Positions 14,762 through 28,541 are shown, counted from the stretch's first letter. The stretch: 64,000 nt of DNA from Octopus vulgaris (GCA_951406725.2 OX597828.1:6076001-6140000), one strand, 5' to 3'. The notes: generated by a model not told the origin, from the letters alone. Numbers and translations are program-made.

Positions 14762-16370
14762 TTTACTTATAATCTGCATGTTTGTTACACTCACTTGTCG
14801 AGACAAATCCAGCGGACTAGAGTGAGTGTGGAATAAGCGATGTTACGGTATGACTGAAAGCTTGGGGAGGGCAAGTGGCAGGGGAAATAGCGAAATACCT
14901 TCATGTGATACAGCACAGACATTTAAATTGTTAAGGTTTTTTTAAGGATTTCTCTGAGATATGATTTCCTGGGGTCTTATGTAGGTGTTTCTGACATCTC
15001 TTTTTTATCACACCTAGGGCATCTACAATAACAGGAACAGTTCTCGCTTTAAGATACTACATCTTTTGTATTTCTTTTTCTAGGTCCTTATATTTACTTA
15101 ATTTGTCAAATTCCTTTACACATTTTTTATCAGTGGGAACACTGACATGTATTAGTATTTTCTTTTTCATGATTATGTCTGGTCTATTAGCGTGGATCGT
15201 TCCGTCAGTTTTGACTGGAAAATCCCAGAGGATAGAGACATTTTTACCTTCAACGACGGACTCAGGATGATGTTCATGCTAGTAAGCAGGAGTGCTGATT
15301 TCGCAGTGTTTACATATTTTCCAATGTAAATACTCCTCCCCTATCTTGGCGATGTTTGTATTCGTTTGGTGTATTCGTCAAATGTGTCGTAGAAATTACA
15401 TATAGGATCAGAACCGTTTTGAAGAACGCTAGCCTGGTAGTTTTTAATAAGATAGCTTCCTTCACTCCTGATTTTATCAGCCACTGATGGGTTGTTGCTT
15501 GGTCCACGTCAGCATTTTAACTTCGAAATATATGCTGTCCATGCAGAGGATTCTGGCTCCACAGCTCCTCAATTTGTTTCAGCCAGTTGTATTTTGCAAG
15601 CCTACTTAATCGGTTTTGCTTCCTTGGTGGCTGTGGTTTCAGATTCCTCCTCTAATTCTGGGTTAATGCCAAGTTCCCTTGCGAATTTACAAGTTCCTTG
15701 ACAATAGAATGTGAGGCTTTGCAGCTTCCGTGCTTTCACACAAGACGGGTAAGCTAAGGTAACTACTTGTTCATTGCTGTTGTGAAGGTGTTATAACAGT
15801 TCTACCCATATCATTTCACCTCCTCCATTACTTCTAGGTAGGTAGAGACGCTCAACGTCTGCTTTTGGGTAGTAATTGTTCTTAGATGTTAATTTTTCTT
15901 TCTGTCCAGGCGTTGGAACTCTGTAAAATTCCAGTTAACGATGTTAAAACTATATTGGACAACTAGAAGTGCCAAGGTGTTAATGGCTACGATGCGACTT
16001 TTGGATTTCAGTTCAGGTTCTAGTATGTGGTTCTTTCTTACTCCTTTCTTATTTTCCCTTCATAATAGCATATTGTATGTCATCTCCTTTGTTTGTATCC
16101 AGGTATCTCTAGCCTTCATGTGGGTCAAGATACTTGATGTTAACGTCGGTATCTGTTTAATGGAAACCCTTTGTCTGAGCTTGCCTCCTACAAAATTTCT
16201 TTAGCACACTTATGAAGACCAAAATCCATCCCGGTATCATTGCTGAAATCTTTGACAGCTGTTAGCAAACCTACTAGCTCTTCATCATTTCTAGCAAACA
16301 ACTTCAATTCTTCCATATAAAACAGATGCTTTATTGTCATATTATATGCATTGAGCCCATACCTAGTGTA
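14762..16370 (-). mobile_element. R4/Dong-like LINE, RT C-terminal half to 3' UTR, degraded
   Basis: IKHLFYMEELKLFARND, GMDFGL, PKADVERLYLPRSNGG, QATTHQWL, SILWDFPVKTD, RPDII, KEFDKLSKYKDLEKEI, VPVIVDALG. Confidence 0.88.
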
Positions 16371-17484
16371 TTTCGTCGAGATTCTCAGGGTTATTCACGT
16401 TATGTATAAAGTTGTCACAAGTAAAGTCTGCAAAGTTCTTTCGATCCTATTTTGAGGTATTTCAGTTAATTTTGTCTTCTTATCACGATTTGCAAACATT
16501 TGTGCATCTGGTGTATCTGGACATCTACACTTTACATAATATCCTTTTCAAGGTTCTGCGACCTAACAGAGAGCATTGGAGTTGCCCTTGCTGCGGAAAC
16601 ATAACCACAATGTTATTAATAGACTAAATATTCCCAAGAACTCTGTGGAAGATGTTAAATAGACCGACAGAATTATTCGCCTATTTAAGGAGAAAATGGC
16701 TCGTTCCATGTACTTCCGCATTGTTTCCTGTCGCGAAGTCTTTGTTTCAACGCTTTAAACACCACGTGGCTTTGGTTAGAAACATTTACACATGTCACTG
16801 CCATGCAGAGGGTCAAACTTCAATACTTGTTGTTGCAAAACGATCTCATTAGCACATAGAATGTATGTGCGAACTTGCAATAGCGATTTAACGATCGACA
16901 CATTGTACAAAATATCGAACTACTTATTCCAAAACCCTGTTAATGGCGATTAACTGTAACACCTCTTTCGTTGATCATACCAATGTTTGATTGATATTCA
17001 TCAAAGGTACTTTATGATCTCCCTTAAATTTGTCTACGCTACCGATGCTAAAGTAATGTATGCTGACTCAAAATAGATACAGAATTATGTTGTTTTGTTG
17101 TATTAAATATTTACCAAAATATGACTTATTAATATAACAAATATATTATATATCGTTGCGCAAATATATGTTTATATATGAATGTGATTGTTTCCTCAAA
17201 TATTCTCCATCTTCGGTTACAGTGTGTTTTCGCGGAAGACCATAGAAAGTTAATACATAAGTAGAGGTAAAGTACACAAGATGTTCTATATACATAAAGT
17301 AACACAAAAGTCATGATATCCAGACTCACCTTCAAATACAAAGAAGACATCTTTGTGCCATTCCCTGAGCAAGACATTGTAAAAAATATTTACCTATTAA
17401 TATACAAGTTGATCTATCTATCAGTCTGTCTGCCTCTCTGTATCTCTCTGTCGTTTTGTATATACGTACTCTTTTGTTGTATTA

Positions 17485-17676
17485 TTTATTTCAGTTATTT
17501 GATTGCGGTCATGCTGGAGCACAGCCTTGAAGGGTTTTAGTCGAATAAATCGATCCCGGGATTTATTTTTTTGAAAGCCTAGTACTTATGTTTTGGTCGC
17601 TTTAACCGAGCCGCTAGGTTACTGAGACATAGATACACTAGCTGCGGTTGTCGCAGATACAAAATCATACACATAC

Positions 17677-17758
<82 letters not shown>

Positions 17759-17923
17759 CGACGAGTTTCTTTCAGTTTCCGTCTACTAAATCCACTCACA
17801 ACGCTTTGGTCGGTCAGAGCGTATAATAGAGAATACTTACTCAAGATGTCACGCAGGGGGACTGGACTTGGGACTAATGTGGGTGAGAAGTAAACTTCTT
17901 ACGACTCATTCACGTCTGCGCCT
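17485..17923 (-). mobile_element. SINE family B with an expanded internal (TA)n
   Basis: Colinear with the 29380 and 57577 copies. Confidence 0.85.
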
Positions 17924-17969
17924 GAGTATGTGCAAATATATAGGGGTGTTGCGGATTCGAGGAGTCGTT

Positions 17970-18019
<50 letters not shown>

Positions 18020-19212
18020 TGTTGTTGTTCTGCTGTCAAAATGAATAAATTCTAAATGCGCTAGATAAAACCGAATAACGTAAAGGATTATTTATATATT
18101 AAACAGAAATTTGAGTAACCAAGAATAAAGTTAAAATAAAAAGCTAAAATGGCGATTACGTAGGAAGACAAAAATAGGTCAACGGAACAATAAACTGAGA
18201 TCTCACTTCTTTGCAAAGCACTTCTTTGTAAATATTTGTAAAGAAATTTCTTGTGCCTTCTGCAAAATGAATTTTTCATATTCAAGTTAAAAAGTCTTAA
18301 AATGTTTCATTAGTTCTGTCTTAAATTCAGTGAGAAATGCAATCGAGAGTGACTATAGTAATATAAGCGAATAAAAGGAAATATATTAAAAAGAGATATG
18401 ATGAAATACACTTTGGATGAAACATAATGCTACATAATGTGTAAAATGTAAAGATAGCCGGATAGAAACTTACCTCTTAAGATAGGACTAGTATAAATTT
18501 TTCGATTTCAAATATGATAGCGTTAGTGCGTCTGAAAAGATAAAAATGCCTGATGTGATAAATTCGTAACCCAAAGAGAATAGTATATACTTTTGGATCC
18601 TCATACATTTCGTGCCAGAAATATCCCTTTCTTCCTTACAATATTTACAAAGGCATTAATTTACACGCTAAAATTTACACCCATAAAATTATCTGGTAAA
18701 TTTGCATGCTAAATCGCCAGAAATCTTCTTTCCCAATGCATAAATTTTGTATTAGAGAATTTTCGAACAGAATTTTTCGATTGAGCTACTAAAGCCCTAT
18801 AATATTTCAAGCCTATTTAATTTACATACCCAGACTAACACCTACCCCAAATATTTATAGATCACAAAGATGGCACATGATTTCTACCTATATACATTTG
18901 AAAATATAAGCTAGTGTATAATTCACAGTAAATATCATTTGTATGTATAATTTTTACATGCATGCCACCATACTAATCTGTGATATTTATTAATAACGTC
19001 TTGCATACTGAGTTTCTTGGATTTTATAAGCAGCTACACAATATTACTTCAATGCGACATATTCATGCACACAGTCACATACACGCACTGACGCAAACAC
19101 ACACACAGGAAGGAAATATACACACACAGAAACCCATACATTCCGAAGGTATATACCAGTTATTGCGTATAAAAATATGCGATTGTGAGAAAGAGAAAGA
19201 GAGAGAAAGAAA

Positions 19213-19252
<40 letters not shown>

Positions 19253-19721
19253 GAGCGAGAAAGAAGGACATATAATTAAATATGATTGCAATGTAGAGAA
19301 TATGAAGATAAGCGAATGTAGAACGTAATAGAAGCAATGTAGAAAAGGAAAACGAAAGAGATAGACCCAAAGGATGAAATATATGCAAGAAAACGAACAG
19401 AAGGGAAGTAAATGTTACGGGTTTAAAGCGTTTATCGAAGACAAGTAAAAGACATCAGACAGGGGAAAACAGTAAAAAAGCCAAATTTTCGACATCTGTT
19501 TACAGTGCAGGTTTTGTGTAAAAAGGAAGTTGGAAAATAAGGTATTAGTGCAATTGGTGGACACACAGCCTGGGACATGTTGAGTACATGTATAGCAAGA
19601 AGTAGAGAGAGAATAAGGAAGACATATTGAAAGGAAGACATCAAAAAGTAAAAGAGTAAGTGTGTATATATCTGTATATGTGTGTTGGATTAAAGCATTG
19701 AATATTTATGTTATTCTGGGT

Positions 19722-19882
19722 ATTAAGGGGTGTCAAAAAGTTTCTGGCTTTGGGTTAAAAAAATACAGGAGTAGTCAATTATATTCAGCATATTCCCCTC
19801 CCAGATCCACAAACTTATTGCAGCAGTCTTTCAGTTTCTCCAAGAGCTGTAAAAGAACTTGGAAGTTTGGTGCTCCAGCACC
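19722..19882 (-). mobile_element. 3' terminal fragment of a second mariner-type element
   Basis: Minus strand encodes EKLKDCCNKFVDLGGEYAEYN* (mariner C-terminus ..KCV..GEYVE); TIR-like TATTAAGGGGTGTCAAAAAGTTTC. Confidence 0.65.
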
Positions 19883-21159
19883 TCCTCGTATATCACAGTA
19901 CAAGAATAACTTTTTCTTGTTTTACGCATGTATGTTTTTTCCTTTTTATCCCCTTCATCCGACTGTTTCTCGAATATCATATTACATTGCATTCATCCTA
20001 CCAATTTTGATTCATTTTATCTTTGTTTTATTTCACTTGCTATATTAAATTCCTCGTTGACTTCCTTTTCCACATATAAATTAACTACATTTTATAAATT
20101 AACAAACTATTAGTTTTCCAAAGCTGCAGGAAATCCAATATTTACAAACCATTGCAGCATTTAGTGTCACTTAGACAAAAACATCAAACAACACAATGCC
20201 CAGAACCTAGTTGCATTCAAAGTCAACTCTATTCAAGTCTAGCCATACTGAAACTTTCCTTATTGTTATTGATAGCATAAGTATAATTTACTAACAGATT
20301 AAGATTAAAATAATATTATAGCAGTACCAACTGACACAAGGTCTAAAACTAAAAGTCATCTCTATTTTTAACGTTTATACAATTGTTTTTATTTGTACTG
20401 AATCCAGTAAACAAGTTTTAAGATTTGTTCCGTTAACTTATTTAAACTATCAGGTTAAATAAAAGAAAACCTACCACGATTCTGTTACTATTTGACACTT
20501 GTTAACCGAATCATCCATTAACATGTACTTTCTTTAGCAGTACTGGCATATATGTTTTAATGGTAATGGCACCTGTGGAATTAGCTAAATAATACGCTAA
20601 TGCTCATGCATCTTTTAACAATGAACTATGAAATCAGATAATAGCTCGATACCTAAAGCCATATCGAAAATCTAATTTAATTTTAAGACGACCAAGTTTA
20701 ATTTCAATATAATGAAAATCATGAAATGGTCCTTATATATTGGTTACGTAGAAATACGTTACTACCGAATAGATTGGGACACCCACTATCTACTCTGGAC
20801 TATAAAAATTCATCTGTACTTTAGATGTTAATTTTAGCAATGTATTTTCATTATTACTAATTCCAGCGTTTCCTATGATCTTACGAAAAACAATTTAATT
20901 GCCATATCCTTGCAGTGTGATGAACACAGAACTTCCTGATTTCGCCCCAATTGAAGCTTATACGTCATTCTTTCGAGTACAGTCGCGCTCAATTCTATCC
21001 CGTTTGTCTTCTTCGCCAGCTTTTGCTAAGCTTCTATATTTTTAACATTACAACTTCCTCGGTTCCGTTTGATATATTAATAAACAAACGAACGAATTCT
21101 TTAACCCAGCCAAGCCAAACTACTATCACCACCACCACCGCCACTACTACTACTACTAT

Positions 21160-21215
<56 letters not shown>

Positions 21216-21396
21216 TTAACTTTGTGGTTTCAAACTTTGGCACAATTCTTACGAATTGTTTATTAATAACCAGGTTCAACGAGATTTTTAGTATACAATA
21301 TAGGTTTTATTAAAAATAAATATTTGACTATACACTATGATTGCATTGACTATTTATTTACGTCATGTGTGTGCGTGTGTGTATTTGTTATATTAA

Positions 21397-21758
21397 GGGC
21401 TATTACTACATGTAAATTCCTCACGCTGTAAAGACTCTGAAAGTCGGATCTACTTTAATAAATATACACGGTACCGAAATTGAGAGCTTTTGTATATGCA
21501 ATGTTGGATACGTTTACTGATTCGCCTGGTATGTACATGTGTTTCATTTTATGTATTCTGAATATGTCTGCGCTGATGAGTAGAGAGTGCATTATGTGCA
21601 CTGACTATGACATCATATGTGATTTGCGGCTAAGTCTGTTTTTGAGAGGCGACTACCTAGTTACGTCCACCCGCTTTCGCTACCGTGTATATTTATTAAA
21701 GTAGTTTTGACTTTAAGAGTCCCTTATAGCGTGAGGAATTTACGTGTAGTAACAGCCC
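21397..21758. mobile_element. MITE/foldback with ~85-bp terminal inverted repeats
   Basis: GGGCTATTACTACATGTAAATTCCTCACGCT...ACGGTACCGAAA versus TTTCGCTACCGT...AGCGTGAGGAATTTACGTGTAGTAACAGCCC; TTAA on both flanks. Confidence 0.85.
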
Positions 21759-21837
21759 TTAATATAATGAATGGATTGATATTTATATTTAAAGGAAATA
21801 ATTAAATATTTTGTATAAATCTTTCTCTTAACTTGTT

Positions 21838-21973
21838 TATCACGCTAGCTACTTGATAAATTCTTATATAGATTTTATCCTTATATTTAATTTATATATA
21901 TATATATATATTTATATATATTAAATATAAGGATAAAATCTATATAAGAATTTATCAAGTAGCTGGCGTGATA
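21838..21973. repeat. Near-perfect inverted repeat (~55-bp arms) around a (TA)n spacer
   Basis: CACGCTAGCTACTTGATAAATTCTTATATAGATTTTATCCTTATATTTAAT / ATTAAATATAAGGATAAAATCTATATAAGAATTTATCAAGTAGCTGGCGTG. Confidence 0.9.
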
Positions 21974-22176
21974 TATAATATATATATTTCACAGCATCGG
22001 TATACTTCACCAGTAACTAAGTGTTTGGGAAGCAAGCCTCTAACCACAGAGCCACTTCTGCGCCTAGCGCACATACACACACATACACACATATATATGT
22101 ATGCATAAACACATGTGTGTAAGAATCAGACACACATCACAATTTTATATCAAATATATAGAAATATATAGATGTA

Positions 22177-23451
22177 TTGTGTTGTCCCGAAAGTCCGTGC
22201 CGATTTATAGTAGCTTACCTTTCGACTTATTTTAGAACATGGTTTTAGTCCATAAAATACGATTTAATTACACCTCCATTTAGAGCACATTTTAAGCAAT
22301 CTTTTCGCGGAGGAAGGTTTATGTTACTATAATCTCTGTTAATTCTGTAAACCTTTCAAATGGAAGATAAGAAAGTTCATTTTCGGAAATTGATGCTTTT
22401 CTTTTACGGTAAAGGGGAAAATGCCTCACAAGCAACCAAAGAAATATGTGCTGTTTACGGTGATGTTTCTTTAACCGAAAGAACTGTACCGACGTGGTTC
22501 GCAAGGTTCCGAGCTGGAGATTGTAGCCTTATTGATAAAGAGCGATCAGGCAGACCATCCACTACTGATGATGACCAAATCAAGTCATTAATTGAGAATA
22601 ATCCACATTGCACAACCCAAGAATGGGCAAAAAACCTTAGCCTATCCGTCGTTCACGAGCCCCTTGTAAAGCTTGGGTAGGCAAATCGCTACGATGTTTG
22701 GATACCACATATGTTGAGTGAGAAGAAACTTTTGGATAGCATTTCCATCTGTGATTCGCTTTATAAACGGAATGAAAATGCGCCTTTTTTAAAGCAAATT
22801 ATGACAGGTAATGAGAAATGGACTATCTACCTAAATGTTCAGAGAAAGCGATCCTGGAGTAAGCAAAATGAGCCACCCTTAGCCACGCCAAAAGCAGGTC
22901 TTCACACCCTAAAAAAGGCTTACTTTGTGTCTAGTGGGATTGGAAAGGAATTCTGTACTATGAGCTTCTCCCAAGCAACCACTCAATTAATTCTGAGAAA
23001 TTTTGCATACAACTGGAAGAGTTAAAAGCAGCAATTCAAGAGAAACGTCCAGAATTAACCAATAGGAAGGGTGTTGTTTTCCAACATGATAATGCAAGAC
23101 CGCACGTTTCTTTGGGAACCAGACAAAAATTGCTGCAGCTCAGCTGGGATGTGTTACCCACCCTCCATATTCACGAGATATTGCTCCTTCAGATTTCTAC
23201 TTATTCAGATCTCTGCATAATAGCCTTATTGGTAAAAATTTCATTTCCTTGGATGAAACCACCTCAATTTCATTTCCTTGCAATGAAACCACATCAATTC
23301 TGGGAAGAGGGTATTTTCAAGTTAAAGGAAAGATGGAGACGCATCGTGCAACAAAATGGTTGATATTTGGTTGATTAAAAATGTAATGGCAAGTATTTAT
23401 TGACCTTTCTCTTTCCTTTAAAAATCATCGAGAACTTTCCGGACAACCCAA
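22177..23451 (+). mobile_element. Full-length (1275 bp) defective mariner transposon, DD34D, mellifera-subfamily-like
   Basis: TA TSDs (22175-76, 23452-53); TIRs TTGTGTTGTCCCGAAAGT / ACTTTCCGGACAACCCAA; transposase motifs inside. Confidence 0.95.
22360..23363 (+). pseudogene. Mariner transposase pseudogene
   Basis: MEDKKVHFR...KGENASQA...WFARFRAGD...RSGRP, WIPHML, TGNEKW (catalytic D to N), HDNARPH, YSRDIAPSDFYLF; stop at 22678 and frameshifts. Confidence 0.93.
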
Positions 23452-24719
23452 TATTACACTACATATTTCTGGAATAATTATATTTTGCCCATTCTGCTGC
23501 CGTTGTATTTCATCTTATGCGATCTCTGGTTAAGTAAAACTAAGATAAAAGGCATTCCACCTACGAACATCCTTTCACGTATAGCTTATCTACGATTCCA
23601 TAATCCAAAATGTCATTCCTTTCTTAAGGCGCTAGACAATGCCATTTAGACCAAATTTGTTTTGTATTTCTAGCACTTCACATGACCTCACTAGTGACTC
23701 TGTTATCTTTACTCTTCTTGTGTATCTTGAAGTAAAACCTAATCACAAAATCCGTTGGTTAAAAATCCTTCCGGCAGTGATCCACTTGTCCAGTGAAAAC
23801 ATTTTAATTTCACTTGTTAAATTGCATGAGTTGTTAGGAATTTGGCTATTCTGCTTAGTAGTTAGTTTCATCTTGCATTGGAACTCTGCTAGTGCCATAA
23901 TAGAGAAACTTTTTTTAATGTAACTAATAAAGAAAATCAATAAAATTGAAAATACTGACAATGGAACTGGCAAAGAATTTATATAAGCAACAGAAAGTAA
24001 TGTATAAGAAATATTTCCAATATGTCTAAAACAGGATCATGAAAAAAGTGTACTGACACATATGATCTTCGTTGAAGTGAAAATTGTATTTTTCACATTT
24101 TCATTTCAATTAATTAGTGAAGGTATCTAAATCAACATGGTGCAAACGAAAAGGAAAACCTTTTATTGGGGAAGAAATGAGAGAAATTTGTGAAGTCAAA
24201 AATAGAAGCCACATTACGGTCAACTCACAGCTTGGTGTCTTAAAAATGGATGGCAGTAGATTTGAAAATTGAGATACTATTACCCAATTCGGTTTGATTA
24301 TAGGTCCGCTCATTCAGACACGAACTGAAATTAAGCAATAGCATCAACAACGACAATGCTCTTTGGTCTAAGTTTAGTTCAGTTTATTTAACGATCACGA
24401 AACGATGAATTCAGTAATAAACAATTCGATAGAAAAGAAATGATCGTTATCACCGATAAATTATTTTCATTGGCGCCACTGGGACAAATGTAGTTGAAGC
24501 GTCAACTTAAACATCCACCGCTGTGGTTGTGGCAAAGAATAGATTTCGAATCTTTGGAAGCAATGTTTCCCTTATGTGGGCGCTGTTCGAATATTATTAA
24601 GCTTCCGCTACAGCCTTTCAATTTATATGACCCACTGGTTTCTCATTTGGCTTTCAGCAAAGAGTTCTTACATAACTAGAACATAGCCAAACTTCTCTCT
24701 ATGTGCTACGATATTTTCA

Positions 24720-25147
24720 GGCGGTGAGATGTCAGAATCGTTAGCACGCCGGAATGCTATACAGTAATCCAGCGCCGTATTGCAGTTCACTTATCGCGGT
24801 TTATTATTTAAGCTTACATCGAATCCTCTGTGGTCTTGTTTTGCATTTATAATAAAATAAATATATATAAATTATAAAGATAATTTTTAAAAATATACAG
24901 TACAGTACTGTTTCTACTTCACGGATTTTCACCTGTCCGGGTGGGGTTTGAAGCGTAACATCGGTGATAGTCGAGGAACGACTGTACAGCATTTTGTCCC
25001 TCTTAAAGTTCCCCAGAAGTCGACTTTGCTTATATCGATTCCGAAGGGAGTCGATAAGATAAGTATGAGTTAAGTATTGGAGTCGATGTAATCGACTTAC
25101 CCCCTCCTACGAACTTGCTGGCTTTGTGCCAAAATTTGAAACCAATA
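24720..25147 (+). mobile_element. SINE family A interrupted by a MITE
   Basis: Head GGCGGTGAGATGTCAGAATCGTTAGCACGCCGG to 24759, resumes about 24987 with GTCGACTTTGC...GTCGATGTAATCGACTTA...GTGCCAAAATTTGAAACC. Confidence 0.8.
24762..24984. mobile_element. pogo/Tigger-like MITE (223 bp)
   Basis: TA|CAGTAATCC...GGAACGACTG|TA degenerate TIRs with TA duplication; splits the SINE cleanly. Confidence 0.7.
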
Positions 25148-25979
25148 TAAATTACGATATTTAAATATATATCATTATACTTTCCAACTAGGTGTTTTTA
25201 ATATCAACTGTATGAAATATGTTAACCTTAACTAAATATTATTTGACATGTTGATCACATCGCTAAGTAATTTTGCAGCATAATTTAGTCATGAAAATTT
25301 TCAAATTTCCACGCCGAAAATACAGAATATAACATTCTATATTACGTTACTTGTAATGAATATTTCGTCAAGTTAATGAGCTGCAGTGATGTAATGATTA
25401 TTTCCTGATACACCATGATATGTGAATAAGTATATATCATTTAGGTTAGTATTAACATATTTAATTAAAGTTAATGAGAAATACCAATGTCATAATGATA
25501 ATAGTAGTCAATAACTAACGTCATTTTAATTAATCCATCAATTAGCGAAGGCAGTCACAGGCAGGGTTCGGTCTAATTAGATATGCTCAACAAAACAACC
25601 ACACGACCGTACTTCTCTGATAGTGATGAGAGAATAAATATTTAAATGTATTATTGCGTACAATTATTGGCGTGAAGACGGCACAAATTAAGATAGGTGT
25701 GTAAATATGTATATGTGTGTGTATATATTTGGATGTATATATATATATGCATACACATACCTATATGCATATATACTTGTATATTAGTTCTTCAAATCCC
25801 GAGTGTCAACATAATTCCGTGCATAATGTATGGGGTATATGTTCCTATTTTATGATTCGTTTAAATGCTTGTGCGTGTGAGTCTATGTAATTATAACCCT
25901 ATTTCACGAAACCTATTTTCGCTATCAACATGAATGTGTCAAATATTCGAAAAGAAACGTTGTGTGCGTGTATGTATGC

Positions 25980-26019
<40 letters not shown>

Positions 26020-26243
26020 ATGTGTGTATATGCATATGTATATATATATATGTATGTATGTAGGTATACATATATATAGATAGATAGAGATAGAGATATA
26101 TATGTACTTATGTGTATATACACGCAACATACACACAAACATATACATACAAAATACGCACACTGATATACAACTATATATTTATATAAGAATCCACATA
26201 TATGATATATATGTAGACAAATCATTATGTATACATATATATT

Positions 26244-26298
<55 letters not shown>

Positions 26299-27215
26299 TC
26301 ACACTTATATATACATAATTATATACTTATATTCTTATGTGCACGCAAGTGCGTGTATATATGTGTATGTATGTATAAGATAGAATGTTCACAGAGTAAA
26401 TGAGAGAGCTGTGTGAAGTGAAAGTGTCGTAAAATCTATAATAAACGCATCAATAACCATGACAGGTAATCATAATGTATTTTGTAATTTATTATCAAAT
26501 ACGATTATAAATTATCTATCGTGTATAGATTTTATAACTATAACTACTTTTAATCTGACACTGTGATAGATGGCATGCTTGATAGAAAAAGGAACTGGAG
26601 ATAAATTAATCACAATCATCCTACAATGACATTATACGCTGTCTTTCAAACTACTGATTTACTATCAGTCAAACAAATATTTTATACGTGTGTGATATAT
26701 TTTACAACGATTTTAAGCTAACTTAAAGGAGAGATAGAGGAGCAATTACAGGGAAGAAATCATATGCTAACATGCAGGCTAAGTGTAGTTTACTAAAACC
26801 AAGTGCATTCCGAATTTAAGCGATTACACTATTTGAATAGTACAAAATTTATTAAATCATGAAATCATAAAAAGAAAATCAGCTGAGCGAGATTTGAACT
26901 CTGAGCATAGTCAAATCTATATAATCGACTTCTAGACTGAATCACGTCAAATGTTCTAGTAACAATTACTATGAACCAGAACATGATTTTTTAGAGATTA
27001 AACAATTCTGTTTTGTGGAATAGTGGATCTAAAAGCAAACAAAACGTCGAGGTCCATCATTCTAAGAATTGTTCTTGTTCTCTCGATGTGTATAAATCCT
27101 TGTCAGGGCAGCCAAATTTAGTGGTTGCTTTTATGTTCGGTGTAAAACGTATATTACTTTATATAGCCTGTTGTTCAAAACACGTTTACTCACACCAGAA
27201 TTGTTGCAAGATTTA

Positions 27216-27476
27216 AAAATAGAATATAAATGCGCCTTTTTAAAGCCTAACGAGGCTAATGGGCCCGGTTTCCAGGTTACAATGGCGAATGTGTTCCCCA
27301 GCTGGACGGGACGCTAGTCCATCGCAGTGTTACTCATTTTGGCCAGCTGAGTGGACTGGAGCAACGTGAAATGAAGTGTTTTGCTCAAGAACACAACGCG
27401 TTGCCTGGTCTAGGAATCGGAACCACAATCTTACGATCCTGTTGCTGACACCCTAACCACTACGCCACGCGCCTCC
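27216..27476 (-). mobile_element. tRNA-derived SINE family C, full length with 16-bp TSD
   Basis: TSD ATTGTTGCAAGATTTA at 27200-27215 and 27477-27492; A box TGGCGTAGTGG, B box-like GGTTCCGATTCC; GTTCTTGAGCAAAACACTT and TGCGATGGACTAGCGTCCCGTCCAG internal motifs. Confidence 0.92.
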
Positions 27477-28029
27477 ATTGTTGCAAGATTTACATGTATA
27501 AATTAGTACAGTTATATAAAGAGCGAGACTAATATCTGTCCATTGGGTCTGTATTATTATTTTTTTTACCTGTGCATTATCACGACTGATGGCTTCAAAA
27601 AGTGTGCGATTGTGAAAGCCTTTCTACTCCAGTGAAACTTGTAACTTCTCCTTACAATATCATTTTAAGTCAAAAGTAAGAAAGCGGAAATAATTGTAAT
27701 TTCCAGAATTTCTCATGATCGTGAAATTGTCGAGTATCGAGGCAGGGTTCAGGAGAATACATTCGAAAATCGAGAGAAGGAAGAAAGCTTTTGCTATTCA
27801 GTGACAGCCATGTTTATTCCTTCACAAGTTTATTCTTTTTGGTGAAATCATTATATGTTATATATATATCACATAAGTATGTAATATTGAGTTATAACAC
27901 TTGAAAATTTATATATTCTTCAGTAGCTGGGGTTTTCTAGTATCGTAATCCTCATCATAATCATAATTTTCATAATCATCTTCATTGTCATCATCGTTGT
28001 CATTATACTACTACAAATAATAATAATTC

Positions 28030-28541
28030 AGGAACAAGGCCTGAAATTTGGGGGAAGGTGATAGTCGATTACATCGACCCCAGTACTCAACTGATAGTTG
28101 AATTATCGGTCCCGAAAGGATAAAAGGCAAAGTTGACCTCGTCGGATTTGAATTCACAACGTAAGGGCAGAAGAAATACCTATTCCTTTACTACCCACAA
28201 GGGGCTAAACACAGAGGGGACCCCAGTGCGTAACTGGTACTTAATTAATCGACCCCGAAAGGATGAGAGGCAAATTCGACCTCGGCGGAATTTGAACTCA
28301 GAACGTAACGGCAGACGAAATACCCCTAAGCATTTCACCCGGCGTGCTAAAGTTTCTGCCAGCTCGCCGCCTTATAAATACCTATTTCTTTACTACCCAC
28401 AAGGGGATAAACACAGAGAGGACAAACAAGGTCAGACAAACGGATTTAGTCGATTACATCGACACCAGTGCGTAACTGGTACTTAATTTTTCGACCCCGG
28501 AAGGATGAAAGGCAAAATCGACCTCGGCGGAATTTGAACTC
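28030..28541 (-). mobile_element. Head-to-tail trimer of SINE family A units
   Basis: The GAGTTCAAATTCCGCCGAGGTCGA...TCATCC core occurs three times (the oldest degenerate); junctions read AATAGGTATTT on the minus strand. Confidence 0.85.

Noticed and set aside
28030-28541. Repeated units with short palindromes (GTCGATTACATCGAC) superficially CRISPR-like
   Set aside because: No constant repeat with unique spacers, no cas genes, eukaryotic context; explained by SINE multimers
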